A stretch of DNA of 64,000 bases from Spirochaetia bacterium (GTDB lineage Bacteria; Spirochaetota; Spirochaetia; CADAEX01). The notes under the pieces were generated by a model that was given only the letters and a program-made list of their open reading frames with translations, was not told the origin of the DNA and ran no database searches. Location: contig OY759746.1 of assembly GCA_963662795.1 (NCBI GenBank), forward strand, positions 1,920,001 to 1,984,000, read 5' to 3'. Of the stretch, positions 8,834 to 19,968 are shown piece after piece (position 1 is the stretch's first letter; the number at the start of each line of letters is the position of its first letter). The position numbers and the translations under genes were made by a program.

Positions 8834-10753
8834 ATGTTTATACCAATTGAAGAATATAATGAATTTTATGATCTCAAAGACATTTCAAGAAAAGAAATAA
8901 CGACAGACCTGATTGAGTCTATACGTACGTTTAGAGAAGAAGCTGATTTAGAAGAAATGATTTTAAATGCAATTTCTGATCCCAATAGAACACCACATGG
9001 GCCATCTGAAATAGTGGACATCATGACTTTAAATCTTTCATATAGAAAAAAAATGGGTCTTGCTGGCTTTGTTTTAAAAGGCTGTTCTTTTAAAACAGTT
9101 ACTCCTGAAAACTTATCTCACCAAGTTTATAGATTTAGGAAAATATCTGATTTGCAATTTGCTGTATTAGGACATATCGGTAATCTATTAGATCCCGCTA
9201 GAGAGGAGTTTATATCTACTGCGGAAGATTTGAGAGTTGATTATACTATAATAGATGCAAATGATTTTGCGAGAATGGCAATAGCTTATGGGATACTTTG
9301 TCCACATGATGGATTTAGAATAAAAGAAGGTAAATGTAGTTGCGGTTATCGTGTTAGTGGTGATAGTCTAAATTATTTACAAAAAGAAGCTTTAGAAAGA
9401 TTAAGAGACGTTCATGAACTTCAACAAGAATCAGGTTTAGTAATAATGCCTACTGGAAGTGGAAAAACTAGAATAGCCGCAATTGATTCAAAATCTTATG
9501 AGGCAAAACGTATTTTGTACATAGCGCATACGCATGAGATACTAGAAGGAGCAAAAAAAGAATTTGAACACATTTATGGGACTGAAAATGTATTTTTAGG
9601 TATTTCAAATCATGGAAGCGATAATTCCAATACTGTTAACTTATGCACAATCCAAAGCTTTTCAAAAAAAGAAGAAAAAGAAATACCAAAATATGATTAT
9701 GCAATATTTGATGAATTTCATCATGCTGCTGCTTCTAGTTACAAGAGCCTACTTAGTAAAATAAAACCTGAATTTCTTCTAGGCTTAACAGCAACTCCAT
9801 TCCGTGGAGATAAAGTTGATGTAATTGAGATATGTAATGGTAATGTAGTTGTCAATTTTGAATTAAGAACTGGAATTAATAATGAAATACTTGTCCCATA
9901 TCAATATCATGGATGTTTTGATTCGATTGATTATTCAGATATTAAACGAAAAGCATTAGGTTATACTATAAAAGACTTAGATAAAAAGCTTGTTATTCCT
10001 GAAAGAGATAAGGGAATAATCGATAAATGGATTAGTAAATCAAATAGACGACCAACCATTGCATTTTGTTGTAGTCGCAAACATGCTGAAAGAGTAGCTG
10101 AATCCTTCAAAAAGGCAGGTATTACTGCTGAACCATATCTCGGTGATACACCTTTTAATCAGCGATTATCAATAGCTGAGCGATTCAAAAATAGAGAAAC
10201 TGAAGTGATTTGTTCTGTTGATGTATTAAATGAAGGTGTAGATATCCCATTTGTTGAATGTTTGCTTTTCCTTCGCCCAACTGAATCTAAACGTATTTTT
10301 TTTCAGCAATTAGGTCGTGGTCTAAGAAAGTATCCAGGGAAAAAGAATGTCCTTGTACTCGATTTTATTGGTAATTTCTATAATGCATATAAAGTTGTCG
10401 AATACCTTAATTTGGAACCGGATGAAAAAATTAATTATTTTGATTCAAGAACATTTCGTACACCAAAAGAGTATTTAAATCTTCCGCTTGGTTGTAGTAT
10501 CGAGTTCGAAGATAGGGTAATAGATATTTTTGAGCAACAAATAACTGACCCACGAAATATTAATCGCCATAATATTGCACAAATATTGTTATTAACATAT
10601 GAGCGTACATCTAAGAGATTAGGGCATTATGCAAGTAAGGCTGAGATTGATAGATCTCAAATTCTACATAGTGGTTATTATTCAATCTTGTTCGGAACGT
10701 GGAAAAATTTTCAAAAACTTTATGAAAAACAAAATTATAATTCAAATAAATAA
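8834..10753 (+). CDS. SF2 DExH helicase (ResIII-like) with N-terminal nuclease-like domain
   Basis: PTGSGKT, DEFHH, LTATP, EGVDIP and QQLGRGLR motifs. Confidence 0.85.
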   Translation: MFIPIEEYNEFYDLKDISRKEITTDLIESIRTFREEADLEEMILNAISDPNRTPHGPSEIVDIMTLNLSYRKKMGLAGFVLKGCSFKTVTPENLSHQVYRFRKISDLQFAVLGHIGNLLDPAREEFISTAEDLRVDYTIIDANDFARMAIAYGILCPHDGFRIKEGKCSCGYRVSGDSLNYLQKEALERLRDVHELQQESGLVIMPTGSGKTRIAAIDSKSYEAKRILYIAHTHEILEGAKKEFEHIYGTENVFLGISNHGSDNSNTVNLCTIQSFSKKEEKEIPKYDYAIFDEFHHAAASSYKSLLSKIKPEFLLGLTATPFRGDKVDVIEICNGNVVVNFELRTGINNEILVPYQYHGCFDSIDYSDIKRKALGYTIKDLDKKLVIPERDKGIIDKWISKSNRRPTIAFCCSRKHAERVAESFKKAGITAEPYLGDTPFNQRLSIAERFKNRETEVICSVDVLNEGVDIPFVECLLFLRPTESKRIFFQQLGRGLRKYPGKKNVLVLDFIGNFYNAYKVVEYLNLEPDEKINYFDSRTFRTPKEYLNLPLGCSIEFEDRVIDIFEQQITDPRNINRHNIAQILLLTYERTSKRLGHYASKAEIDRSQILHSGYYSILFGTWKNFQKLYEKQNYNSNK

Positions 10754-10816
10754 TTTCTAATAGATTATTAATAAGTGTAATTTGCTTAGATGGGTAATTA
10801 CTCTATATTAAAAAGA

Positions 10817-11090
10817 GTCCGGCCTTGGCTTCCAGCCGTGCAGCCCGGACAAGAAGTGGGGGCACTGGTGGATAACAGCGGTTAAAGCGCTACGCTCGGA
10901 TTACCTCGCTTGGCCTGCGGCAAACATCGTAGAGATTAAACTACAACTTTTAGAAGCAACAAGTTTTTAAATAAAGAAATTACATCTTGATATTAAATAT
11001 TCTTGGTCTACGATGCTTCGCTTAACCGCGGGACGTTATCCACAATGCCCCCACAAGATGCAATCGCCCGGACCTCCGGCCGACGGGCGA
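10817..11090 (+). repeat. Composite repeat R6 (D|D)
   Basis: TAAC 10873-10876, GTT 11035. Confidence 0.9.
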
Positions 11091-11159
11091 GGATATGAAT
11101 AGAAATATTATAACGACTAAAACTTTTGAATAGCAATAATAAGAAAAAAGGTATAAGAA

Positions 11160-11696
11160 ATGAATTTAAAAACAAAACGCTTAATAATTTCAGATATTCA
11201 GAGTTTAGATATAAATGATGTTTATGAAATATATTCTGATAAGGAAGTATGTAAATACTTTGATTGTGAACCATTTACAAATATAAAACAGGCCGAGCAA
11301 CATATTTTAAATTGGATAGAAAAATCCAGACAGAAAAAGCAATTTAGATATTCAATACGTTATCAAGAAAAAACAATAGGAACTGTTGGCCTTTATAATA
11401 TTTATTGGCACAACAATCGTGCTAGCTTAGGATTTGATTTAAATCGAGAATATTGGGGAATGGGAATCATGTCAGAAGCAGTTAGCGAATTAATTAATTA
11501 TTGGGAAAAGGAATTTACTCTTAATCGGATAGAAGCTTTAGTAATGCCAGAAAATATAGCATCAGTGAAACTATTGTTAAAAAATGGATTTGAGTATGAA
11601 GGATTACTTAAAGAATATGAAATGTGGCCTTCAAAAGGGTATGTTGATCTTGCAATTTACAGCAAGCTATTGAAAAAATATAAAGAAACAGAATAA
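11160..11696 (+). CDS. GNAT acetyltransferase, RimJ/RimL family
   Basis: YWGMGIMSEA...NIASVKLLLKNGF. Confidence 0.9.
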   Translation: MNLKTKRLIISDIQSLDINDVYEIYSDKEVCKYFDCEPFTNIKQAEQHILNWIEKSRQKKQFRYSIRYQEKTIGTVGLYNIYWHNNRASLGFDLNREYWGMGIMSEAVSELINYWEKEFTLNRIEALVMPENIASVKLLLKNGFEYEGLLKEYEMWPSKGYVDLAIYSKLLKKYKETE

Positions 11697-11755
11697 TTTG
11701 AATTAAAATATTGTGAATACGGATAGAGTGTTATAATAATAAAAGAAAATAAGAA

Positions 11756-12046
11756 GTCCAGCCTTGGCTCCGCCGTGCAGCCTGGACAAGAAGTGGGGGC
11801 ACTGGTGGATAACAGCGATTATTTCGCTGCGCTCCCGATGGTCGCTTGGGCTCCTGCCAGTTGAGCTGGCAGGAGCCATATTTTGTTTTCATAAAACTGG
11901 AACAACATGTATTTTATGCTTTTTAAAGTTTAAAAAACTAAATAAAAGTATTCTAGAGTTTAGCCACAAAACATCGAATAATCGCGAGACGTTATCCACA
12001 ATGCCCCCACAAGAAGCGATCGCCCGGACCTCCGGCCGACGGGCGA
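11756..12046 (+). repeat. Composite repeat R7 (D|D)
   Basis: TAAC 11810-11813, GTT 11991. Confidence 0.9.
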
Positions 12047-12106
12047 GAGAATCCAGAATAATGAATATGTTTAAAGAAAGCTGATGATATATAATGTAAA
12101 TAGTAA

Positions 12107-12760
12107 ATGGAGAATGATATGGGAATTGTTTATATTTTAACTAATGATGCAATGCCAGGAATAATCAAAATAGGAATAACTGATGGAACTGTTGAAGATA
12201 GAATAAAAAATCTTGACAATACTTCTTTGCCATTACCATATAGGTTTTATTTTGCTATTAAAAGTAGTAGATACAAGGATATTGAAAAATTAGCGCATAA
12301 TGCTTTTTCTGAATATAGGGTAAGAGAAAATAGGGAATTTTTCCGAATTGATCCGGAACGTGCAGTCTCAGCATTAAGGATATCTGGAGAGAATGAAATA
12401 AAATTAAAGAATGAAATGATAGATGAAAGTGGAAGTGTTGTAGAGAATAAAATCGAAGAAACAAAGTCATATAAAAAACGATTTTCTTTTGATAATGTAG
12501 GTATTCCTATCGGGGCAGAATTGGCATTTACTCGAGATGAGAGTAAAAAATGTATTGTAATATCAAATAGCGAAGTTGAATATAATAATCAATCTTATTC
12601 ATTATCAAAATTAGCAGATATATTTCTTACTGAAATGGGTTATAATTGGAAATCAGTACAAGGACCTGCATATTTTGAATATAATGGGAAAACACTTTAT
12701 GAACTTAAAAAAGAAATGGAAGAAGAAGTCTTAGAGATAGAGGAAGAAGAATCCAAATAG
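12107..12760 (+). CDS. GIY-YIG/T5orf172-domain nuclease protein
   Basis: GIVYILTN..MPGIIKIGIT...REFF. Confidence 0.85.
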   Translation: MENDMGIVYILTNDAMPGIIKIGITDGTVEDRIKNLDNTSLPLPYRFYFAIKSSRYKDIEKLAHNAFSEYRVRENREFFRIDPERAVSALRISGENEIKLKNEMIDESGSVVENKIEETKSYKKRFSFDNVGIPIGAELAFTRDESKKCIVISNSEVEYNNQSYSLSKLADIFLTEMGYNWKSVQGPAYFEYNGKTLYELKKEMEEEVLEIEEEESK

Positions 12761-12802
12761 CAAATGTTCAATTGTTTAATCCATTAATTTTTGAAAAAGC
12801 TA

Positions 12803-13093
12803 GTCCGGCCTTGGCTCCGCCGTACGGCCTGGACAAGAAGTGGGGGCACTGTTGGATAACAGCGATTATTTCGCTGCGCTCCCGATGGTCGCTTGGGCTC
12901 CTGCCAGTTGAACTGGCAGATCGCCATATTTTGTTTTCATAAAACCTTAACGACATGTGTTTTATGCTTTTCAAGTTTGAAAAACCAAATAAATGTATTT
13001 TAGAGTTTAGCCACAAAACATCGAATAATCGCGGGACGTTATCCACAATGCCCCCACAAGAGGAAATCGCCCGGACCTCCGGCCGACGGGCGA
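12803..13093 (+). repeat. Composite repeat R8 (D|D)
   Basis: TAAC 12857-12860, GTT 13038. Confidence 0.9.
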
Positions 13094-13169
13094 GGATGTA
13101 GTGCAATATGAAAAATGTACAGTATAATAATATATGTTAGGCGCAAATCATGTATCATGGAATACAATT

Positions 13170-14489
13170 TTAATGAAAAACAATACCATCTTTTTCTGAC
13201 AGTTTGAGGAGAATCACAGTGATGATTAGCCCAATGACTTCTGCAATTCCTACAGTAAACCAAATAATTGAATCTCCAAATAATACTGGTAATAGAGTGA
13301 TTGAAATAGGGGTTAGAACTAGAGATCTAATACAAACTGATATAACAGCATATTTTGTTCGTTTTGTGGAATAGAGATAAGTTGAAATCATCAAATTTAA
13401 TGAAAGAACAATATAAGCCCAGCTAAATTTGGGTAGTGCTTCAATTGTAATTTGAAGAAGGAAGTTGTCAGAATTAAAAAGTGGGATAATTTTGCTTTTA
13501 AAAGTTACCAACAATAGAAAAACTATTGCTGCACTTAGAAAGTTGATCAACATACCAGAATGGAAATAAAATTTGAGATCTTTTTCATTTTTACGACCAT
13601 AGCTTTGTCCGATTAATGGCTGCAACCCTTCAGATATTCCAAAGAAGATACCTATTGAAAATGATGTCAAAAAGGAAATAATTGAAAAAGCTGAAACAGC
13701 ATTATCACTAAGCGTTTTTATCAATATGTAATTCATACACAAAATTAACACTGGCATTCCAAATTGTGAGATCATTTCTGGCAACCCACGCATTAATACT
13801 TTTTTAAAGAGTAAAATTGATACAGAGAATCTTTTGATTCTCAAATTTCCCCGATTTAGGGCAAAATGGCTTAACAGAATTACAAGAGTACCAATTTGTC
13901 CCACCCCTGATGCAATAGCCGCTCCTTTGACTCCCATTTGCAAAGGAAATATGAATAGCCAATCTAGGGCAATATTCATTATGGTACCAATAATGACAGC
14001 AATGCTGACTAGTATCGGAGCGCCGTCATTCCGCACGAATCCTTGAAGGATTATAGAAATAATTGCTGGAAGGAAGAAAGCGCTGACAAAGAAAATGTAT
14101 TCGGATGTCATATCATGGAAAGTTTCGTTAGCGGCACTTAACGTTGCGATTTGATTGGAAAAGACCATACCCAGAATCATGATGATAACTGATATCATAA
14201 ATGATGCTGAAGTAGCGTGCATGAAAGCACTATTTGCCCCTTCAACATCGTTACGCCCAAGTCGTATTGCTGTAATGGTGATGCCGCCGATAGTCAACAG
14301 TATAGCAATGGCATTTGCCATAAGAGTGTATGGTAGTGCTAGGTTGACTGCACCTAAAGCAACGGCTCCAACACCGCGTCCAACAAAGATGCCGTCAACA
14401 ATGATATAAAGGAAAACAGAGCATGAACCAGCGACTGTAGGGATAATGTAACGGAACATGTTTCGAGTTCTAACGTTAATTTTCTTCAT
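13170..14489 (-). CDS. MATE family efflux transporter
   Basis: ~12 TM; VDGIFVGRG, NIALD..FIF...GVKGAAIAS and QPLIGQSYG motifs. Confidence 0.9.
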   Translation of the reverse strand: MKKINVRTRNMFRYIIPTVAGSCSVFLYIIVDGIFVGRGVGAVALGAVNLALPYTLMANAIAILLTIGGITITAIRLGRNDVEGANSAFMHATSASFMISVIIMILGMVFSNQIATLSAANETFHDMTSEYIFFVSAFFLPAIISIILQGFVRNDGAPILVSIAVIIGTIMNIALDWLFIFPLQMGVKGAAIASGVGQIGTLVILLSHFALNRGNLRIKRFSVSILLFKKVLMRGLPEMISQFGMPVLILCMNYILIKTLSDNAVSAFSIISFLTSFSIGIFFGISEGLQPLIGQSYGRKNEKDLKFYFHSGMLINFLSAAIVFLLLVTFKSKIIPLFNSDNFLLQITIEALPKFSWAYIVLSLNLMISTYLYSTKRTKYAVISVCIRSLVLTPISITLLPVLFGDSIIWFTVGIAEVIGLIITVILLKLSEKDGIVFH

Positions 14490-14491
14490 TT

Positions 14492-14947
14492 TTATTCTGC
14501 CTTACAAAGGATGGTTCTTGATTTTTCACGAAATATTTTCAAAAAATTCCGAAGAGATTGCAGCATTGCAATTCGATCTGCATCGCTCATTTCCATTAAA
14601 GTAGATTCTTCCAGTTGAAATATGATATCAAAGATTTTACTGGCAAAGATGCGACCGGATTCGGTCAATACGATTCTTTTACTCCGGTGGTCGCTTGTAG
14701 ATATCTCCAAAAAAATAAGTCTTTTCTTTATGAGTTCTTGCAGTGCGCTATTTACAGTTTGCTTGCTCATGGACCATTGGTCACATATATTTTTCTGACT
14801 GCAATAATCATCAGATTCATAGAGTGCATATAACACCCAATAACTACTGTCCGAGAGATTGCTTTGGCTTGCTAACTTTCTGTATATTGCGTCAGTCTCT
14901 TTCCAGAGAGAATTAAATTCATAAAGCTGGTCATGTAGTGTAGCCAT
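14492..14947 (-). CDS. MarR family transcriptional regulator
   Basis: SQKNIC...SKQTVNSAL...DHRSKRIVLTESG winged HTH. Confidence 0.9.
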   Translation of the reverse strand: MATLHDQLYEFNSLWKETDAIYRKLASQSNLSDSSYWVLYALYESDDYCSQKNICDQWSMSKQTVNSALQELIKKRLIFLEISTSDHRSKRIVLTESGRIFASKIFDIIFQLEESTLMEMSDADRIAMLQSLRNFLKIFREKSRTILCKAE

Positions 14948-15042
14948 ATATCCTCTTTGCCAATAATAGTCCGAAATAAGACCAATATAAAGACTTTTAT
15001 TTAACTAGTCAATAGGCAAATAAAAGAGAATAAAGAAAGTAA

Positions 15043-15315
15043 GTCCGGCCTTGGCTTCCCGCCGTGCGGCCTGGACAAGAAGTGGGGCACTGGTGGATAA
15101 CAGAGGATAAGGCGCTTCGCTCGGAATACCTCGCTTGGCCTGCGGCAAACATCGTAGATTTTGAACTACAATTGCTATAATTAACAATTTTTTGAAGAAA
15201 AATATTGCAACTTTGGAATATTCATTCTTGGGCTACGATGCGTCGCTTATCCTCGGGACGTTATCCACAATGCCCCCACAAGAGGACACCGCCCGGACCT
15301 CCGGCCGACGGGCGA
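15043..15315 (+). repeat. Composite repeat R9 (D|D)
   Basis: TAAC 15098-15101, GTT 15260. Confidence 0.9.
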
Positions 15316-15357
15316 AGATATTTAACCATTTTAAAAACACATAAAAAGGAGTTGTAA

Positions 15358-16398
15358 ATGACATATTCACAATATGTTGATATTTTTGAAGATGAGGTTA
15401 ATAAAATATTTTTATTATGGGAAAGCTCAGAGCTAAATGGATTTACAAAAGAAATGTTGTCTTATAAAGAAAATTTTTATAAAGCAATTAATTCACAATT
15501 ATTAGATTTAAATCAGATAAAAAGTGTTCAATTGCAATACATCAATTCAATAAAAAGTAAAATAATAAAAAGTGATATAGGAAATATTTTTGTCGATTTA
15601 AAAAATATAAAAGAGCAACTAATTGGACTAGAGAAATCAGTAATTTATCTAAGATTAAAAATTGATATAACAAAAGAGATAATAGATAAAATATGGAATT
15701 TGATGAATACGATTTTTAAAAAACGGGAAGACATTCAAGTAATTAATAATTTAATATTGATTCTTGAAGATTTTAATAAAAATATAAATAAAATGTTAGA
15801 GGCAAAGAATACATTGAAAAATATTTATAATTTAGTATACACTAAAAATAATACTAATAATAGAATCAGAATAGATTTTTATGACGATAATAATGATTTT
15901 AAGATTTTTTTGCAAAAAATAAATGCTATTAATCAAATCTATGAAGAAATTAAAATACTTTTTAAATTTAATAAACCCGAAGATGTTTTACGTATTAATA
16001 GAATAGAAACTGGATCGGAATCATTTGATTTATTTGGTAATAAATATATATTGGAATTTATTAGATGGTTTATAGAAAAAGTAACTGAATATCTCTTTAA
16101 AAATTTTACAGTAAATGGAAAAATGTCAAAGATATCTTCAAATATAGATATATTGGATAAAGAATTTGGTCTTTTAAAAAAAATAGAGGAATTTAATCGT
16201 GAGTTACAAGAATCAGAAAAAATCGATATTAGTAAAAGTAAAGAAGAGATATCTAAAACATTTGCTTTAGTAACTAAGCAAACATATGTTCTTATATCAA
16301 AAGAAACTAAAATAAAAATAGATAATAAAATGATTTCACTAAATGAAAGCATTAGAGATAAATATATTGAAGAAGCTGAGAAACTATATCTTCTGTGA
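15358..16398 (+). CDS. Hypothetical coiled-coil-rich protein
   Basis: 346-aa ORF with AGGAG RBS filling the cassette. Confidence 0.7.
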   Translation: MTYSQYVDIFEDEVNKIFLLWESSELNGFTKEMLSYKENFYKAINSQLLDLNQIKSVQLQYINSIKSKIIKSDIGNIFVDLKNIKEQLIGLEKSVIYLRLKIDITKEIIDKIWNLMNTIFKKREDIQVINNLILILEDFNKNINKMLEAKNTLKNIYNLVYTKNNTNNRIRIDFYDDNNDFKIFLQKINAINQIYEEIKILFKFNKPEDVLRINRIETGSESFDLFGNKYILEFIRWFIEKVTEYLFKNFTVNGKMSKISSNIDILDKEFGLLKKIEEFNRELQESEKIDISKSKEEISKTFALVTKQTYVLISKETKIKIDNKMISLNESIRDKYIEEAEKLYLL

Positions 16399-16405
16399 AA
16401 CTAAA

Positions 16406-16677
16406 GTCCGGCCTTGGCTCCGCCGTACGGCCTGGACAAGAAGTGGGGGCACTGGTGGATAACAGAGGATAAAGCGCTTCGCTCGGAGTACCTCGCTTGG
16501 CCTAGTGGCATATTTTGCATTCTTATATACAACACAATTATCAATATTTTGCTTACAATTTCGATAAAAACAAACAATTGAATCAATTAGTATTTTGCAA
16601 AACATCGCTTATCCTTGGAACGTTATCCACAATGCCCCCACAAGATGCGATCGCCCGGACCTCCGGTCGACGGGCGA
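16406..16677 (+). repeat. Composite repeat R10 (D|D)
   Basis: TAAC 16460-16463, GTT 16622. Confidence 0.9.
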
Positions 16678-16741
16678 AAGATTATGAACAAGAACTATTT
16701 TATTAAAAATTGCATGAACATAATATTAACAAGGAGAGAAT

Positions 16742-17497
16742 ATGGGAGAAGTAAATGAATCTGTTTATTTACCACTTGATAAAGCAATTAACTATCTTGA
16801 AGAAAACAAGCTATATGAAATAATAAATAAAGTAAATGAAATACAAAAAAAGCATCAAGGTACAAGACAAAGCAGGAATATCAGAAAAGGAATTATTGTT
16901 GATGAATTAGAAAAAATTGGAAAGTTTAAAGATTTCTGCGAACTCTATTGGAAAAATGGTTTCTCAGAAACAGGAATAAGAGCCATAAGAAAATATAAAA
17001 GTCATCTTAGTTTTCTTGGAGAATTAAATGAAATAGATGAAGAAAATACTGAAGGTTCTTATGATCAAAAATATAAAGAAAATATCTCGTATGAAGAATC
17101 AAGTTTTGCTTATGAAGATGATCTAAGAGATTATTTAGCTAATAATTTAAATATAATTGAATCAGGATTAACACTTTTTATTGACGAAAAAGGAATTGAA
17201 GGAGTTGAATACTCTGTTGATGACAATAATAAAAGAATAGACATTTTAGCATTAGATAAAAATAAAAAACCTGTAGTAATTGAATTAAAAGTAAGCAAAG
17301 GATATGAGAGAGTAATTGGGCAATGCCAGTATTATAAAAATAGAATAAAAAAAATATTAAAAGTCGAAGAAGTAAGAGTAATAATTATTGCACGTGAAAT
17401 TACTCAACACCTACAAACTGCTGCAATTGATTTGCCAAGTATAGAGTTATTTGAATATGAGTTGAATATAAAATTGAATAAAATCAATCCAGAATAA
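16742..17497 (+). CDS. NucS/DUF91-like endonuclease domain protein
   Basis: EDDLRDYL...RIDILALD...VVIELK...GQCQYY. Confidence 0.8.
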   Translation: MGEVNESVYLPLDKAINYLEENKLYEIINKVNEIQKKHQGTRQSRNIRKGIIVDELEKIGKFKDFCELYWKNGFSETGIRAIRKYKSHLSFLGELNEIDEENTEGSYDQKYKENISYEESSFAYEDDLRDYLANNLNIIESGLTLFIDEKGIEGVEYSVDDNNKRIDILALDKNKKPVVIELKVSKGYERVIGQCQYYKNRIKKILKVEEVRVIIIAREITQHLQTAAIDLPSIELFEYELNIKLNKINPE

Positions 17498-17540
17498 TAC
17501 TTTTATGGTAATATTTTAGAATAATAATTGTAAATAATAA

Positions 17541-17809
17541 GTCCAGCCTTGGCTCCGCCGTGCGGCCTGGACAAGAAGTGGGGGCACTGGTGGATAACAG
17601 AGGATAAAGCGCTGCGCTCGGAGTACCTCGCTTGGCCTGCGGCACACATCGTAGGATTTGAACTTTAACATCTAGAAACAACCACTTTTTAAAGAATAAT
17701 AAAACAGCTTTGAATATCAATGTTATCTTACGATGCGTCGCTTATCCTCGGGACGTTATCCACAATGCCCCCACAAGAGAAATCGCCCGGACCTCCGGCC
17801 GACGGGCGA
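17541..17809 (+). repeat. Composite repeat R11 (D|D)
   Basis: TAAC 17595-17598, GTT 17755. Confidence 0.9.
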
Positions 17810-17846
17810 GAGATAGAAAAATTAAATTATATTTTCTGAGGTTTAA

Positions 17847-19181
17847 ATGATTGAAATAGAAGAGAAAGAAGCTTTTGATCAAACAATAAATAAACTATAT
17901 TACCTGACATGTAAATATGGTATTAATAGAGTACGCCCAATTATTAAAAATAAATATTTTTTCAACCTTTTTTTGCGACAAGTTCATACAGGTTGGGAGA
18001 AAGCACAAAATATAATATTTGAAAAAATAATTACAAATGAACAAAATATCTCAGAATTGAAAATTGAATTAAAAGATGCAAAGGCCTGCAAAAATAAGAA
18101 TAACATTAATAAAATCAATGAGAATATCTCAAAGCTCAAATATCGTAAGTTGAAATTACAAATGGTAATAAACACAATTGCTTGGATAATTTTTAAATTT
18201 GATCATCATATTGTTAGAAGATTTTTTATAAACAATAGAATTGATAATATTAGTAAACAAGCATTAATTAAATGTAAAGATTTTGTAAATGAAATTAACA
18301 AAAACAAAATTAACTTTGCTATATATACCGATTTAACAACATTTATTCATGTTGGTGATGTATTATATATTGATAATGACTTACATAGAATAAATATTGT
18401 CGAAATAAAAGAAGGTAAAATAAATAGTATATGTCGAGAAATACTTGATTACCATTCTCATAATAATTTGTGTTTTAAAAAAATTGTAGAAAATCTCCCT
18501 AATGAAATTGGAAAACAATTATACAGAATGGCTAAACAAGATTGGAGAGCTGAAAAAGTTGTTGAGGCAATAAAAAATGAAGAAGGAATAGATATTTCTA
18601 CAAACTGTAAATTGAAAATATCAGAAAAAAGATATTATATTAATACTTACGAAGAAATTATCATTAAACTTTATAAAAAAAACAAATGGAAAAAATGGGC
18701 AATAGATATAATTGATGATTGCTTATTTATAGGTTTGTATTCTGATTATAGAATGGCAAGTACATTTGATTTTTGGGTTCAACAATACGATAAATATTCT
18801 ATTATTATTGATTATCGTACTGTTTATTCTGTTAATTTGGCAAGACCTCCTTTTTCATTGCAATTACCTGAAAATATTTTAAAAGATTTAGTTAATGAAA
18901 AAATAATTTTGAAAATGAGTCTATGGATTCCTAAATGGATTGAGATAATTAATTCAAAGTATAATTATAAGATAGAACTGGAAACAAAAAAAGAAACACG
19001 AAGATTATTGAATAAATCAAAGGACATTTTATTGTATAATGGACAAGCTTTAAAAATTATAAAAAATGAAAAAATTGGATATATGGGTTTTGGATTTATT
19101 TCTAAAATATTTTACGATTTTTATAAACCACTCGATTATGGAAAAGTATTTGATGATGAAACATATATACAAGTAGAGTAA
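17847..19181 (+). CDS. Hypothetical protein, possible PD-(D/E)xK nuclease
   Basis: GDVL...IVEIK motif; 444-aa ORF. Confidence 0.55.
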   Translation: MIEIEEKEAFDQTINKLYYLTCKYGINRVRPIIKNKYFFNLFLRQVHTGWEKAQNIIFEKIITNEQNISELKIELKDAKACKNKNNINKINENISKLKYRKLKLQMVINTIAWIIFKFDHHIVRRFFINNRIDNISKQALIKCKDFVNEINKNKINFAIYTDLTTFIHVGDVLYIDNDLHRINIVEIKEGKINSICREILDYHSHNNLCFKKIVENLPNEIGKQLYRMAKQDWRAEKVVEAIKNEEGIDISTNCKLKISEKRYYINTYEEIIIKLYKKNKWKKWAIDIIDDCLFIGLYSDYRMASTFDFWVQQYDKYSIIIDYRTVYSVNLARPPFSLQLPENILKDLVNEKIILKMSLWIPKWIEIINSKYNYKIELETKKETRRLLNKSKDILLYNGQALKIIKNEKIGYMGFGFISKIFYDFYKPLDYGKVFDDETYIQVE

Positions 19182-19200
19182 TTACCAAACAATGTAAAAA

Positions 19201-19471
19201 GTCCGGCCTTGGCTCCGCCGTGCAGCCTGGACAAGAAGTGGGGGCACTGGTGGATAACAGCGGGTAAGAAGCTGCGCTCGGAGTACCTCGCTTGGGCTTC
19301 GCCATATTTTGCTATCATTAAACCAAAGATGTTATTGTTTTATTCTTTTCGAGATTAATATTCCAGACTTTAGTGTTTTGAAACTTTCTCGCAAAACATC
19401 TTTTACCCGCGGAACATTATCCACAATGCCCCCACAAGAGGAAATCGCCCGGACCTCCGGCCGACGGGCGA
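19201..19471 (+). repeat. Composite repeat R12 (D|D) with mutated core GTT>ATT
   Basis: TAAC 19255-19258; ATT at 19416. Confidence 0.9.
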
Positions 19472-19520
19472 GGAAATATTATCAAACATTAAGAGATATA
19501 AAATAAAAGGAATAAAAATA

Positions 19521-19917
19521 ATGATTAAGACTATTATTATTTAATTACAGGATTACTTTCTATTCTTTTTTCAATTACACATTCTTGGAATGGACAAGCT
19601 ATAGTTCTGCCAACTCTTGATATTGAAACAATGAGCGTAAATATAAAAACAGTATTCTTTTATGTATGCATATTATTTCAGCAGAAAACATGCTTTTTGG
19701 CTTTTCATTTATAATTATGTCATTTTACAAAGATTTGGAAAAAGTTAGGGTTACAGCATTTATTATAACGGTTTTAATGATTTTACGGCGGATTGTTATT
19801 TTCTATGGGACATTATTATATAATCCTTCTGGATTAAAAAATATATTAGTTGATTCAATAGCAATTGTAATTTATATTGCCATTATTATTTTAGGAACAC
19901 GGGTAAAGAATAAGTAA
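19521..19917 (+). pseudogene. Frameshifted small membrane protein
   Basis: ATG 19521 after RBS hits an early stop; hydrophobic coding continues in shifted frames (YYYLITGLLSILFSITH... then HIISAEN...). Confidence 0.55.
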
Positions 19918-19968
19918 ATATTAAAAATATTGATACACATACGTATATAATAGATAAAGGAGATCGAA

